Assembly: GCA_028534125.1 (NCBI GenBank)
Contig: CM052816.1
Location: 94,924,001 to 94,988,000 of the forward strand
DNA: 64,000 nt
Direction: 5' to 3'
Source: Lama glama
Taxonomy: Eukaryota
Shown here piece after piece: positions 39,921-54,069 of this stretch. The position numbers and the translations under genes are program-made. Under the pieces are notes generated by a model that searched no databases, was not told where the DNA came from, and saw only the letters and a list, made by a program, of their open reading frames with translations. Each line of letters begins with the position of its first letter. Position 1 is the stretch's first letter.

Positions 39921-42147
39921 TGAGGTTATTTTGAGGTCTCTTAACTCTCCTGAGGTCATCACTGGGAAAACATCTCACCAGGAACAATTTGAGTTATGTT
40001 TCTGTACTGTTTCCTCCTGGACCAGATCCTCCTCCTCCCCTTCCTCCTCTTCCTCCTCTTCGGTCTCTTCTTTGTCACCACCCCTCCCATTCCTCTTCCT
40101 TCTCTTCCTTCTCCTCCTTTTGAATTATGAATCATCCTGTCTTCAGCTCATGGACCTTTCTTTTTAAAGCCATCCTGGTCCACACCCGCTTGTCCCTTCC
40201 CTCCTCGCTGGTGGGCTCAGTACACAGTGCTGTCATTCCATTTGCACAAAGTTGTGTCCAAAGATTTCCACCTCAAGCATGATGAGTTCAGGTACACTTT
40301 TCTCTCTTCTTCATCTACTTTTATGCCAGAAATACTTCTACTTTTGTTTCAGTTACAGAACTCTTGGCAACTCATAGACTTTGCTGATCTCCCCAGGGGG
40401 TGTGGTGGTCTCCACGGCAACTCACGTCTCTGTGGGAACAGCTCCACGTGAGCCTCGCGCTCCTGTGTTGAGTGCACCTGGACACAGTCCCCATTTCCCA
40501 GACACCTTTGTCTGGATCATGCTTTTCTCTCTTTCAGCCTCTGTGCTGCTTTTTACTCTTTGTTGCTGGGTTACGCACAGGTTCACGTGTGAGTCACATG
40601 AAGCCGACTCCAAGACTGCTCGGCTGCCGCTTGAAAAGCATCACTATTGTATATCCTTGCGTGTCAAGGAAACATTGGAAACTTGCCACGTCTTCTGAAT
40701 GAAATGTAAATAATTTATTCTGAATTGTCATATGTCTGAGCTCATATTGGGGATTTCCATACACACACAAACACCCACAGCTAGAAGTTTCAAAATAAAG
40801 GTTATTCTGGATGCATCAGTAACAGAAGATCAAACCCATCATCTGGTTTTCACTTTCCACTCAGGCAGAACACATCACTGTTGGCCATTCGCTCATACCA
40901 GAAAGGTGTGTCTTTAACTCCTACACGTTTTTGGCCATGCATAGCCATTTTTTGTTACTCTCAAATCAGTTCTCAGCAAAACAGAAGGATTCTCATCATT
41001 TTCCAAACCCCAAATCATCTTTCCATCCAACATGGAGGGGTAAAAATAGCTAGGCTTGTAAGGAGGAAAACCTACATGAACGCCTACTCTTCTTGGTTCA
41101 TTTCAGACACGGGCAGGTTCTCCTCAGTCCATGTGTGGAAGGATGCAGGGGAGGGCAAGGCAGTTTCTGGGAGACTGAGCACAGAGGTTGAGACAAGAGA
41201 GAATGAGATGATGGCAGAGGAGGAGATCTTGTCAGCATCACAGAAAGCAGACAGGGTCAGAGGACTGGGGGCCAGGAGCACAGGTGACACCTGTGGGCAG
41301 GTGGTTTAACGCCTTTGTGTCTAGACTTCCTCATCTTTAAAGTAGGAATAATAATGTTGCTTTCCCAGGAATTTGGTAATTAGAAGAGATCACTGTTGTA
41401 CAAGCCAGCACCTGGGGTCTGGGATGAGGTGGTTCCGGGAAGGAGGTCATCTCTGGGCCCATGCTTCAGCCTGTCCGAGTTCCCAAGAACATCCCCTCTG
41501 GTCTCTCAAAAGGTCCAGAATGTTCCCCAGTGTGAGAATGTATCATTGATGTTCCTCTTACAGTATGTGAACGTTGACCCCACGCTCCAATTTCCACTTT
41601 CTTCTTTTTCTAGCTTCCCTCCTTAGATTTAGGGAAGAACCCCGACAATGAATGGGCTGCAGGAGCGCAGGTGTCTAGTTTCTTCCGGGCACTGGAGACC
41701 AGAGGTTCACAAGTAGTGGAGGAGGTAGATGAAAATCCTGTCTCAGCATGTCAGGTTGCCAGTGAAATTTCCAGTGGATGTGACGGAGGTTTTGAATGTC
41801 TTCCTGAAGCCCCTACCTCCCTCAGAAAATGGTGTCCCATCAAGACAGCTGAATTTCAATAAGCAGCTTCCAAACCTTGAGGTCTTTCCACGTCTCAGAC
41901 TTTCTGACCATCCCTTTCTTTGCTCCCTGAGATTGGGGCGGTGAAATAATTCATTGCCGTCAAGAGATGCTCTCATGAGTTCCCTCTGCTTCCCCTCCCC
42001 CTCAGGCTTCGTAGAGCTTAAGGCACCGAGTGGGGGGCAGGAGAAAAGGCATATGGTGTGAGCTGATGGTGTGAAACTATGTGAATGTGACTTCGAACGT
42101 AGGACAGGATGAAGTTGCGTGTTTTCTTAATCTCATATTTCGTGCAG

Positions 42148-42222
42148 GGCTGGGCTGAGGATGTGGCAGGCATGGCGTATGCCCTACGTTCACTGCCAGA
42201 GGGGGCTCCCTGCCTGCCACAG
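42148..42222 (+). CDS. CTNND2: Alternative 75-nt cassette exon: GWAEDVAGMAYALRSLPEGAPCLPQ
   Basis: Acceptor tcatatttcgtgcag, donor CAG|gtgaga, 25 codons, phase 0/0; matches my recollection of the 25-aa insert of rodent delta-catenin/NPRAP. Confidence 0.9.
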
Positions 42223-43134
42223 GTGAGAGCCAGCTCTGGGGTGCCTGTCCCAATGGGGGAAGGGGGGAGGGACTTGGGGGGAGGGGTGGGGACTCAATCC
42301 ACCTTTGCTGGTCCCCAGGAGGACTCTGCCACAGAATCCAGAACCTCGTGTTATGAATTTAATTTTCTAAGATCATACATGAAATTGCAACAGCTCAGAC
42401 CCTCGTACTGGTTGACTGTTATGGTGCACACTCTTCCCTGGAGCACTGTACCAGAGAGTAAAGCGTGTGTGCAAGCACCTGGAAAATCTGAGCCTGCCTG
42501 CATCCCGGTAAATGAGCCCGGATGCGCTCTCAGCCTGGTATCGCAGGTCCATTTCCACAGGAAGCGTGAGGTGTGTTCTCCCAAGGCCAGCAACTGCCAG
42601 CCCCAAACCAAACTGCTTGCTTTCTAAAGCAGACATTGAATGATGGCCCTATGTATAATACATTTCAAATTTTAAAAATTTTTCACTCTTGATTTTCAAT
42701 GTCATATTTATCTCCTCGCCCCTCCCACTTTATGACTCATTTCCTCTGAACTCCTCAGCGAACAACTTACCGACAGTACTTTTGGCAACTCATCACTGTC
42801 CCCGCCCCCCGAAATTCAAGTCTCTTTTTTAAAAAATCACCAAGATTCTACCTTTTATCATTTTCTACTTTTTCCAGATTTTTAAAAAAAATTCCTCTTA
42901 CTGTGAGTAACCAGTTCTTCCCGTCCCAAACCTCCGTATCTTAAAGTATCAACTATAATCATCACACAAATGGCTTTCCAATGCGTGGACCGAGAATGCT
43001 GGCATCAGAGAAATGAAATGCGCTTAACCGATCAACCCTGAAACCTTTATCCTGTGTTGAAGGCAGAAATAAAGTTAAAATGTTTAATTACACGTCTAAC
43101 CCACTCAACCCATCCGACAACGAGGTCTTGATAA

Positions 43135-43527
<393 letters not shown>

Positions 43528-43864
43528 TAGCGTGAATCCAAGGCGCTGACTCATCTTTTAGAATGTAGAGGGAAATGCGATGTTTGTTGACGTTTCTAAT
43601 CCTTGCAAATTAAAAACGAGCACCGTGCTCAGCACTGGGCACCGTCGTCCTGATCCTCTAGGTCCCCGTCAGGCAGCTTGTTTGTTTTCCACGTTGCGAA
43701 CGGGATTATGTGCCACTTTCCTTCCCCTCTCTGTTTTAAAATTTACTTTGGATTAGACAATCCTGGCTCCTTAATCCTATTTCTTAAAGAATCATCTCCC
43801 TTTGGTTTGATATTCAAGAAACAGGGAAGATCTTTTAGGGATGAAGCATTAAAGAGATCGTGCG

Positions 43865-44540
43865 TTGTCTGTTTATGGAACAGATGTTTGTCTATGACCT
43901 ACTTCGTTCCAGGCCTGTTCTGGGCCCAGAGATGACACCAGTGAGCAGAGCAGACAGGGGGCCTTGCCCTCGTGGAGTTCACGCTCTGGAGAGGGGAGAT
44001 GTACAACCAGCAAAATACACACGTGGATCCCCTGGTGTGTTGGAAACGTTCTGTGGGGGAAATGAGCTGGTCAGGCAGCCTGTATCTGGGGAGGCTGTGA
44101 TATTTTTCCCATTGAGGTGAAATTCACATAACATAAAATTAACCATTTTTAAATATACGGTTTTGGTGGCATTTAGTATTTTTGTAATGTTGCACAGCCA
44201 TCACCTATGTCAAGTTCCAGAACATTTCACCCTAAGGAAAGCCCTGTCTCCATTAAGTAGTCACCCCCCTTGCCCCCTCCCCCAGCGCCCAGCAGCCACC
44301 TGTCTGCTTTTGGTTCCATGGACTTTCCTATTCTGGATATTTCATACAAGTGGAATCATATACTTTGTGAACCGTTGTGTCTGGCTTCCTTCACTTAGCA
44401 TAAGGTGTTACGGTTTTAAGTCAGAAGTGAAGGTCGCGATGGGAGTCGTTGGGAGGGTGGCATTTGAGCAAAGACTTGGAGGAGGTGCAAATGGGCCATG
44501 TGGCTGTTTGGTGGGGAAGAACGTCTAAGCGGAAGGAGCA
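43865..44540 (-). mobile_element. L2 fragment interrupted by an L1
   Basis: gacctac...ccaggcctgttctggg...gcagacag; resumes ggtggcatttgagcaaagacttg. Confidence 0.6.
44102..44402 (-). mobile_element. L1MB-like 3' end
   Basis: ttgaggtgaaattcacataacataaaattaaccatttt...gtctggcttccttcacttagcata. Confidence 0.88.
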
Positions 44541-45959
44541 CCTTTTGCAGGTAGCACCCCCACCCCCCACCTCCAAAAGGGGGCCTGGGAACAAGCCAGT
44601 GGCATCACATGCCCGGTGCAGACTGAATGGTGGGAGCCCAGGTCAGAGAAGCCTTCTGGTTCCTTCCTCTGTAGTGGGGAAGATGCCCACCCAGGCCAAG
44701 GCTGATTGATGCCTGGAGAACCGATGAACCACAGGGACCTGCCCTGCCCTGGGAGAGGCACAGGCCTCCCCACAGACCAGTGTCCTGCTGGGACAGAAGA
44801 GATGCTTCCAGTAGGGTGGCTGGTCAGTGTGCACGGAGGCTGGCATGCTTGACTGCAGGTAACGGACGTCAGCGAGGTCAGGCAGCAGGAGCTGGACCCC
44901 GCTTCAGTGGGTCAGGCTCTGCAGCCTCTGGGGGGTCTGCAGAAGGCAGGGACGAGTGGGCAAAGAGGCAGACTCCGTTCCTGGGGCAGTCGGAATCTCA
45001 GGCGTGGGGCCGGATTTCACGCGTCGATAGCGGTCGATTCCTGAGCGTGGCTACCGAGCCCTGAGGTCTGGGGCGCAGCCGCTTTTCCTCCTGCCATCTC
45101 ACAGTGCCCGTCCTGTCCTTCTGTAAAAACCGAAGCATTTGCAGGTGTCCAAGCCATTTATTTATTCACAGGGACCAGATTTCAAACCTGTGTCTAATAA
45201 ATGCAGTTATTTGTGTGCATTTAATGATCCTCGCAGTACGTCAGGAGGCATGAAATAAACTCACAATTTTACATTTATACTTAGTTTGAATTTAATTTAA
45301 ATGTTGTTAGTGGATTTTTGTATATTTAAACTAGGCCATTAGCTCTCTCCCTGTCCGCTTTCCTTTTCCTTGCAGAGTTGACTCAGACAGCAGGGCGCTG
45401 GGGCTTCCCATAAAATCCTATGGCTTCACGATAAATGGAGGAAAAATCAATAGCTAATCAGGCTGCTGCCTGGGCACGAGCTGCTAGGTGTTGTGCGTTT
45501 GTGTGTTTTATTTCTCTTGGTGGATTAAAATATAACAAAATAGGGAACTATTGATTGCTTTTCTGGCTTCCAGGCATCTCTTCTTTCTGGGAAGCCTGTT
45601 ATCTTGTGCTCCCTCCAGGACAGGAACGTTTGGAGCCCATGCCAGATGAAGCCTTTACTATCAAATGTCACCAGGCAGGAAACGGAGCCAGCCGTTTAAA
45701 AACAGGAGTGAAAATATCCACGTCATGGGCTTTACAGAATCAATAACTTTTTTCTTGAATGAGAAAAGCAGAATCGAGCAAAACCACACTAGCCTATTCT
45801 ATCCAGGAGGAAGGAAATGTGACCTTTGCTCACTCTTTTGCTCTAAATATTATATCCAAGTAGTGATGTTTTATAGGAAGATGCTCTCCAGAACTTTGTA
45901 TATTGAAAAGAAGGCTGCAATGACTTTGAATTAAGAAAAAAAAATTAAACTTGGACTTT

Positions 45960-46992
45960 TCTCTTTGGTTAACTCTCAGTCAAAGCTTTGGTGACCTCAT
46001 ATGGTTTTCTGGTGTTAATGATCATCTGTATTCTGGAAACTCTTCTGTAGATACCTCTTGTGAGTACCACATCTCTGCATCTGACCGTCTGTCCAGCATC
46101 TCCACTGGACGTCCAGCAGGCATCTCCGGAACTGAGTTCCTTATCTTCTCCCCCAGACCCAGTCCTTCCGCAGTCTTCCCCACGGCGACTTGTGCTTGCG
46201 GTGGTCCGGGATAAGAACTTCGTCGTCCCCGCAGTTCTTCACCCTCCTATCCAAACCGTCGACGAATCTGGTCTTCCTTCTGCATTTTCCCAGAACCTGA
46301 CACTTCTCATCTTCATTGCCTTGTCCCCCCAAACCCCGTCATCTCTCACGTGGGTTATGACCATAGCCCTTCCCTAGTCTCCCTGCTTCTACCCTCGCTC
46401 CCTATCATCTCCTCTCAACGCAGCAGCCAGAGTGGTCCTGTTGAAACCTTAGTAACAGCACATCTCTTGTCACTCCTCAGTGTAAAATTAAGTCTTTGCA
46501 TAGCAGACACGGTGCTATACGATCCAGCTCTCCATTCCCTCTCCAACCTCACCTCCTTTCTCACCAGCATTAAGTTTTCTGTGGCCACTGGGTCACTGCG
46601 GTTCCTTTATGACGTGAGCCGCAATCCTGCCTCAGGGCCTTTGAATGTGCTGCTCCCTCTGCCTGGAATCCTTTTCCTCCAGATGCCCAGATGGTCAGTT
46701 CTCCCCTACCTTCAGTTCTTTACTCAAGTGTTACTTTCTCAGTTCAACCTTTTCTGGTGACATTCTTAAAATTCTACCTCCTTTTCTGCTTCATTGTTCT
46801 CCATAGCACTAATCACCTTCTGATATACAACATATTACTTATTTATCTTGTTTCTGGTCCATCTCCACGCACTGGAATGTCAACCCATTAAGGGCAGGAA
46901 GTCCCGTCTCGTGTGTTTATTGATGTAGATCACGCACCTGGAACGACATCTGATCCCCACCGGGGACTCAATGCTGAATGAATAACTGAATT
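45960..46992 (+). mobile_element. L2 3' portion
   Basis: cagcagccagagtggtcct, ctgcctcagggcctttg...ctctgcctggaa, ends ctcaatgctgaatgaa. Confidence 0.85.
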
Positions 46993-47929
46993 AATTTTTT
47001 TCTAGCCTGTTCCTCATCTTATAATGAACTCCAAATCAGCAAAACAGTAAGTAAGCAAATTAAACACTAAAGAGGAGGACTTTGTTTTAAAAAAGAAAAT
47101 CGTGAGAAAAACCCAGTTCACTTTCCTGCTTCAGTTTGCTAGCTGCATGCAGACACGCAGAATTTCAGAAGGAATCCAGTTGTTTCCCTTGCTGGTCCAG
47201 GGTCCAGTTTATATTACAGCTCTTCTTAGATCATTCTTTCAGTTAGGGGTGGTGGGAGGGGCAGCTGCCCCAATGTGATAAAGGGATGGGTCATCCTTGG
47301 ACAACATTGTGAAGGAAAAGTCCAAGTAAGCTGTTGAACAGCAATTACTCGACCCCATCTGCTCTAATGAAGATCAGACAGTAGCACCGAGAGAAACGCC
47401 ACGGACTCTGCCTCTCTTTGTTCTCCCACCTGGGCTGCTCTGTGTTTGTCTCTGCGTTCAGGTGGTAAGTGCCCTGCAGGTGGATCTCCGTGTCCTTCTA
47501 GGCGACATGGTGCAGTGGGTCCAGATTCACGCACATCCATACATTTCTTTGCAACCTTCCCAAAATGTTAATTATCCTTCTGAGTAAAGTGTTATTTCAT
47601 CATTCAGAAAGGTTTTCTTTTTTTTTTAATGGTAGTAATTAGCTTCAGAGGAAAGAACAAACAATATTGTATTGCTCTAATAAGTTTACCAAAATGCCAT
47701 CCATTTCAGCCCTTGACAGCTCCCGATGAAGATGGCAGGTATTTATTTTGCCAAATTCCTATCCTCTCTGCCAACAAACAAACAAAAAACTCTAACAAAA
47801 TAAACAACTTAAAGCACATAGACACACTGGGCAGGAGAGACCCTGGGTGGTGTCACCAAACTCTTATCTCTCGCCACTCTTCTTGATGAATTCTTCAGCC
47901 AGACCGGGTTTTGCACCAAGGTCCCCACT

Positions 47930-48270
47930 CACAAACCTTTGCCCAGGCTGTCTCCCTCTCTGGCAGGCTCTTCCATCTCTGCACCTACTGACCTCCCACC
48001 CATCATTCAGAGCCCAGCTCAGGGTGATCCTCCTGATGAAGGCTGCTCCTTGAACTCAGGAGGAGGGTAGTACCTACTTGATAAGAAATCTTTTCATGTA
48101 TCTTAGATTCCCATTGTGTATTGTTATTCTTGCGTTGTCTTTCACTTTTATGTGTGTAGGTATTGCATCTTCCCTCAGTGAGATCACAGGCAGGAACCAG
48201 GTACCCTGTTTGCTTTTATGTCCTGCAGTGCCTAGCAGTACATATGTGCTGAACTGTTCTCTGATGGGTG
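47930..48270 (+). mobile_element. L2 3' fragment
   Basis: catcattcagagcccagctca; agggcagg-like and cagtgcctagca motifs. Confidence 0.55.
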
Positions 48271-50884
48271 AGTAACACGGGTTATTTATGCTGGAGAACA
48301 GATCTAGGAGAGGTCTGGGGAGTCCTGCACAGGGAGAGGGGAGGAGAGGGGGTGTCTGTTTCAGCCTCTTTCCATAGCATCCAGGGAAGACAGGAAGAAA
48401 AGACAGCTTAGTTGCTGCCAGAAACCCAGGACTCCAGTTAATCTCATTCTGCTGCTACTTTGGAAGAGGTTTGGGATTGGGTCGGAAATGGTAATGTGTT
48501 CTGTATGTGCCCCGATAGTTGCCAAGGGTGGGCAGAGCCACTGCACTCCTGCAGGTGGTTTTGGCAGAGCTCACAGAGCACCCTCCCTTCGCTTTCCCGG
48601 GTGGTGGCCGCTCGCCACACTTTCTGGCAGGAGAGCCAGGCCTGGGCTGCTGGAAGCACCCTCCCAGCTACCCTGCTCCCCAGCCTGGACTGAAGTGAAG
48701 GACCTTCCACGGCTCCATGAACCTGGCCCTCCCCCTGCTCATCTCAGTCCTTTAGCCACGTCCCCTCTGCCACACGTGACCCTCTTCCTGTGCTCTGTGA
48801 TCTTCTGGAGGTGGGGTCACCATATTGAGAATGATCTGCGAGGATCGTTGACTGGTACTTTGTACATTCGTAGGATATGACCCGTTCTTGGCATCGGGCT
48901 GGCCTTCTTTACAGCTGAGCTTCTTTTCTACCCGAGCAACAGCCTTTCAACCCACTCCAGCCTCAAAAGGAGCACCAGACAGAACCCGACTCTTTCTGGC
49001 ACCCGGAAGGGCTGTGTCCCAGGGAAGTCTGCTGGCTCCCAAGCACAGCTGTCCCCCAGGAGAGACGGAAGAGGAGGGAGCCCCAGATCTCCAGGTGCAC
49101 CTGGCAGTGCACGTCTCGTACTTTCCCATATTCATGAAATCACGAACAAAGGAAGGGTAGTTTTCTTGCCCAGGAAAATCCGATGCTATTTCTCTCCCCT
49201 CTCAAGGTTTTCAGATCATCACTTTCATTCATCCTGGGGAGAAGGGGTGGACAGGGAGGGCATTCCCTTCCTAGCTTTTTCTCTTGCCACGATCTGTTTT
49301 AAATATTCAGATGAAAGACTTTATCTGGTCATTCGTCTTTAAATGACTCTTTATAGAAAGTGGTTGCCAGTTGTATTTAAAGAATGACATAAAAATGTTC
49401 TGTCTTTTAGTGAAAATAAGGGCAGAATAAAGAAAAAGATGATGATAATGGAATGACAGGCACCCCTTCCCCCCACCCCCACCCTGTGCCAGAACTTTAC
49501 TTGGTGAGAAATGTGTTTTCCTTTGGAGAACTGGCGGGGGAAAGGCTGCTCTCCTGGCTGTTCTCTTTTATTTAGTGACCTCACAGCTGAATTTCTGAGC
49601 TGTGTATCCATGGAATTCTGGACTTGGCAACACTGATCATACAAACTTCGGGATACGTTCTACCCAATTCTCTGTGAGACTGTGTTCTCTGGGGGAACAG
49701 ACAGATACCTAAGCCTGTGTCTGCATTTCCAGGAAGCCGTATTCCAAATGTTCGGCAGGAGAGCAATCCTCAACGTTTGCCTAAATTCTTTGGTGTGGGA
49801 ATGAAGCGCATCCTGGCCATCATCCCCTCTGTCTTCAGAATCACTTTGCACTCGGTGTCTCCTAGCAAAACTGGAGACCAGAGGGTTCTAAAAACATATG
49901 ATGCCTCCATCAGGCTGTGTTATTATTTTCTCATCTCTTGCTGGTGGCTTACATGTGGCAAAATCCCCTGGGATGTGGGTACCCCATTCTGGAGGGCAGA
50001 CGTCTCATAAGCCACTCATCACACAGCACCGTGGGCATCTTCTGTATCTATGTTTTTGACCCTGGGGAATCCCAGCCATGCCCAGACTGGAGGTCCTGGA
50101 AACCTCAGTGCAACCTGGGGAGGCCACTTGGTATTTTTATTTCTGGGAATGTGTAAGGCTCACTTTTTAAAGTAAGTTTGAGAACACTTTGGAGACATAC
50201 CTTCTCAGCGTTTCAAAATATGTTTCTTCAAGACCTTGGCAGCTGTTGTTTTAATTAAAACACATGCAATTTCAATTAGTATTTTTAAAAGAAGCCTGGT
50301 TTCCCAGACAAGGTGATTTATTGGCGCAGTCTTTGCTGGCTTTCTTTAATAACTTGATTTCACAAGCCGAATTCTAGGCAGCTGGAAAGCTGGGTGCTTT
50401 GTCCAGAACTCGGTGTCTTCGGATTAGATCCCTGCTTTAGAGCCCTCATCTCCCAGACCCGAGAGCCTCCCTTCCCAGCGGAGACGTGGGTTCCTCGTTA
50501 ATTAACTTCAGACACCTGTGGAGGAATGTTGGCAGCTGGGTCTGGCAGATAAGAATTCCTTGGAAGGGGAAGTTGTAAATAAGTTGAAGAGCCGATAATT
50601 ATTTTCTTAAACGAGACTTAACGATTCGCCCCTTGGAAATCCTCCATGTGCGGGAAAGGCAAAACTGACTAGGAAATTTCCAGTTGACTCAAATTTGAGG
50701 ACCTCTGCTTAAAGACCTCAGAGAAAAGAGAGGAAGAGAAAACACCTAACTTTACTTGGTCTGTTCAGGTATGTCTTTGATGCCTGCTCCAACAGTTTCA
50801 GAAGAAGAGCTTTAAAGAAGAGAAGGCATAAGAAATGAAAGGGCTCTCTCAGATACCGCAGATCTTGAGAATCTAAAATAGAAA

Positions 50885-51051
50885 AAAGGTAATGGAAAAG
50901 GAATTGAAAATAATATATACACACAAACACACACACACACACACACACACACGTATGTATATGTATAACTGAATTGCTTTGCTGTACACCTGAAACTAAC
51001 ACTGTAGGTCAAGTACACTTCAATAAAAAATCAGAATTAAAAAAAAAAAAA
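50885..51051 (+). mobile_element. Short sense L1 3' end with internal (AC)n and poly-A
   Basis: tataactgaattgctttgctgtacacctgaaactaacac...cttcaataaaaaa...A12; (AC)n 50919-50952. Confidence 0.88.
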
Positions 51052-51302
51052 GACTTGGAGTATCAAAAAAAATAGAGTAGAGGATTTTAGCAGGATAATG
51101 CTTTTTAACTTGTATTCCTTTTACATGTTAACTGTCATGTTCTCCGCTTGCCAAAGGTGGGGTGGGGGGTAGTTTTAATCATGTGGGAATAAATTGTTAT
51201 CTTTGCTTTCTGAAAGTACAAATAATGGATTAGAAAATAGCTTAAAAGTTTAAAAATGAATACTCTTTTAGCCACTCTGCCTCTTGTGTGATTGCATTTA
51301 TT

Positions 51303-52231
51303 TATTTATTTTCTTTTTTGATTGAGGGGTAGTCAGTTGACAATGTTGTGTGAACTTCTGGTGTACCGCACAACGCTTTAGTCATACATGAACATACATA
51401 CATTAATTTTCATATTCTTTTTCACCATAAGCTACTACAAGATATTGAATATATTTCCCTGTGCTATACAGTATGAACTTGTTTATCTATTTTATATATA
51501 CCTGTCAGTATCTGCAAATCTCAAACTCTCAGTTTCTCCTTTCCCACCCCCCTCCCCCCTGGCAGCCACAAGTCTGTATTCTATGTCTGTGAGTCTGTTT
51601 CTGTTTTATATATAAGTCCATTTGTCCTTTTATTTTTTAGATTCTACATATGAGTGATCTCATATGGTGTTTTTCTTTCTCTTTCTGGCTTAACTTCACT
51701 TAGAATGATGTTCTCCAGGGCCGTCCATGTTGCTGCAAATGGCATTATGTTGTCGGTTTTTATGGCTGAGTAGTATTCCATTGTATAAATATACCACAAC
51801 TTCTTTATCCAGTCATCTGTTCATGGACATTTAGGTTGTTTGTTTCCATGTCTTGGCTGTGGTAAATAGTGCTGCTATAAACATTGGGGTGCAGGTGTCT
51901 TTTTGAATTAGAGTTCCGTCTGGATATATGCCCAGGAGTGGGATTGCTGGGTCATATGTTAAGTCTATTTCTAGTCTTTTGAGGAATCCCCATACTGTTT
52001 GCCACAATGGCTGCACCAAACTACATTCCCACCAACAGTGTAGGAGGGTTTCCTTTTCTCCACAGCCTCTCCAGCATTTATCATTTGTGCAGTTTTGAAT
52101 GATGGCCGTTCTGACTGGTGTGAGTTAGTACCTCATTGTAGTTTTGACTTGCATTTCTCTGATAGTTAGTGATATTGAGCATTTTTTCATATGCCTATTG
52201 GTCACTCATATGTCCTCATTGGAGAATTGCT
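51303..52231 (-). mobile_element. 5'-truncated L1 (ORF2 C-terminus + 3' UTR) with perfect 14-bp TSD
   Basis: TGATTGCATTTATT at 51289-51302 and 52232-52245; minus [15 protein letters not shown]...TCTPMFIAALFTTAKTWKQ is L1 ORF2. Confidence 0.96.
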
Positions 52232-53164
52232 TGATTGCATTTATTATGCTGGATTTTGAGGGAATTCAGGGCAGGGAAGAACTGGGGGTTCACAGCAAGC
52301 CCCAGAAGAGCTGGGGACCTGGAGGTACAGCCCCACTAGCAGGGGCTTTGCCTGCAGCCAGGAGCTTGGTTGCCAGTCTGTGAGGTGACACAAGTAAGAT
52401 CCCTTGAGAAGCAGCAAGCTGCTTCTTGAGATGCTCTGAGAAGGAAAAAGCTCATCTGTCCATCCTTCCAGACTGGGATCAAAGAGGAGAGGTGAAGCAA
52501 AGAACCAAGCAGTTCCCAGCAGCCTCTCATCAAAATGTCCTACAAGTTCTTTGGAGACGCTTAGCTGAAATTCAGAGATTTCTTCTCTTAATAACGAAGA
52601 AAATTCTTGAAAATGTACTGCCTGTGAGAAAAACCTGTTTTTTCCAAATTTAAAATGAAATTTCCCTATTCAGTTTTGTGTATTATAATGTCTTTGAATG
52701 ATGTCAGGTCAAATAATGGCCTTGGAGTAGAATGATAAAAAGACGAGTGACTTGTTTCTTAAAGCACATAATGTCCTTGGAATCCCAAGGTGCCTCATCC
52801 TTCTTGTTTAATGCAAACCACTGGACTGGAGCTCCTACAGACCAGGCTGGTGCGGGCACATGGTAATGCGCAACGTGTTGCTTTTAATTAAGTCACTCAT
52901 ATTCCAGCATCAACAGTAGACGGTATTCAGGATGCAAGACAGATCGAACGATAAGAAATTCTCATGGTCCTCACTTGCAGACCTGAATCATTTAATTTAC
53001 CCATCAGAAAGGAAAGTCACAGCTGTGAAATGGAAAATAGTGTTAAACTTTTGAACTGACTATTACCTCTGCAGACTGACAATGCCCAGTGTCTGTATGA
53101 GAGGCAGGTCTACTTCAAGTGGCCTCCTTGCTGTTTTTGTGGGGGTTGGGAGCTTGCTAATCTG

Positions 53165-54069
53165 TTTTTTTCATTGAAGTACAACTGGTTTACAATATTG
53201 TGTTCATTTCAGATGTACAGCAAAGTGATTCCGTTATATACATATTTTTTCAGATTCTTTCCCATTATAGGTTATTATAAGATATTGAATATAGTCCTCT
53301 GTGCTATACAGTAGGACCCAGTTTTTTAATCTACTTTATATACAGTCGTGTGTGTCTGATAATCCCATATTCCTAATTTATCCCTCCCCCATCTTCCCCT
53401 TTGCTAAATGCAAGTTTGTTTTCTATGTCTTGTGAGTCTGTTTCTGTTTTGTAAATAAGTCTATTGGTATCATTTTTTAGATTCCACACATGAGTGATAC
53501 CATATAATCGTTGTCTTTCTCTGATTGACTTCACTAAGTATGATAATCTCTAGGTCCATCTATGTTGCTGCAAATGACATTATTTCATTCTTTCTTATGG
53601 CTGAGTGGTGTTGTGTGTACATATGTAACATAGCTTCTTTATCCATTCATCTTTATCAAGCAATTTAGGCTGCTTCCATGTCTTGGCTATTTTAAGTGGT
53701 GTTGCTGTGAATATTGGAGTGCATGTGCCTTTTCGAATTAGAGTTTTCATCTTTTCTGGATATATGCCCAGGAGTGGGATTGCTGGATCATAAGTCTATT
53801 TTTAGTTTTTTAAGGAACCTCCATACTGTTCTCCATGGTGGCTGCGCCAAATTACATTCCCACCAACAGTGTAGAAGGGTCCCGTTTTCTCCACACCCTC
53901 TCCAGCATTTATTATTTATAGACTTTGTGATGGTGGCCATTCTGACCAGTGTGAGGGGACACCTCATTGTAGTTTTGCTTTGCATTTGTCTAATAATTAG
54001 TGATGTGGAACATCTTTTCATGTGTCTGTTGGCCATCTGTATAGCTTCTTTGGAGAAATGTCTATTTAG
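53165..54069 (-). mobile_element. 5'-truncated L1 (ORF2 C-terminus + 3' UTR)
   Basis: Minus [19 protein letters not shown]...HCWWEC is the L1 ORF2 cysteine-rich end. Confidence 0.95.

Noticed and set aside
42223..42627. Rest of the 172-aa ORF
   Set aside because: Only the 25 codons between splice sites look real; the remainder is intron read-through.
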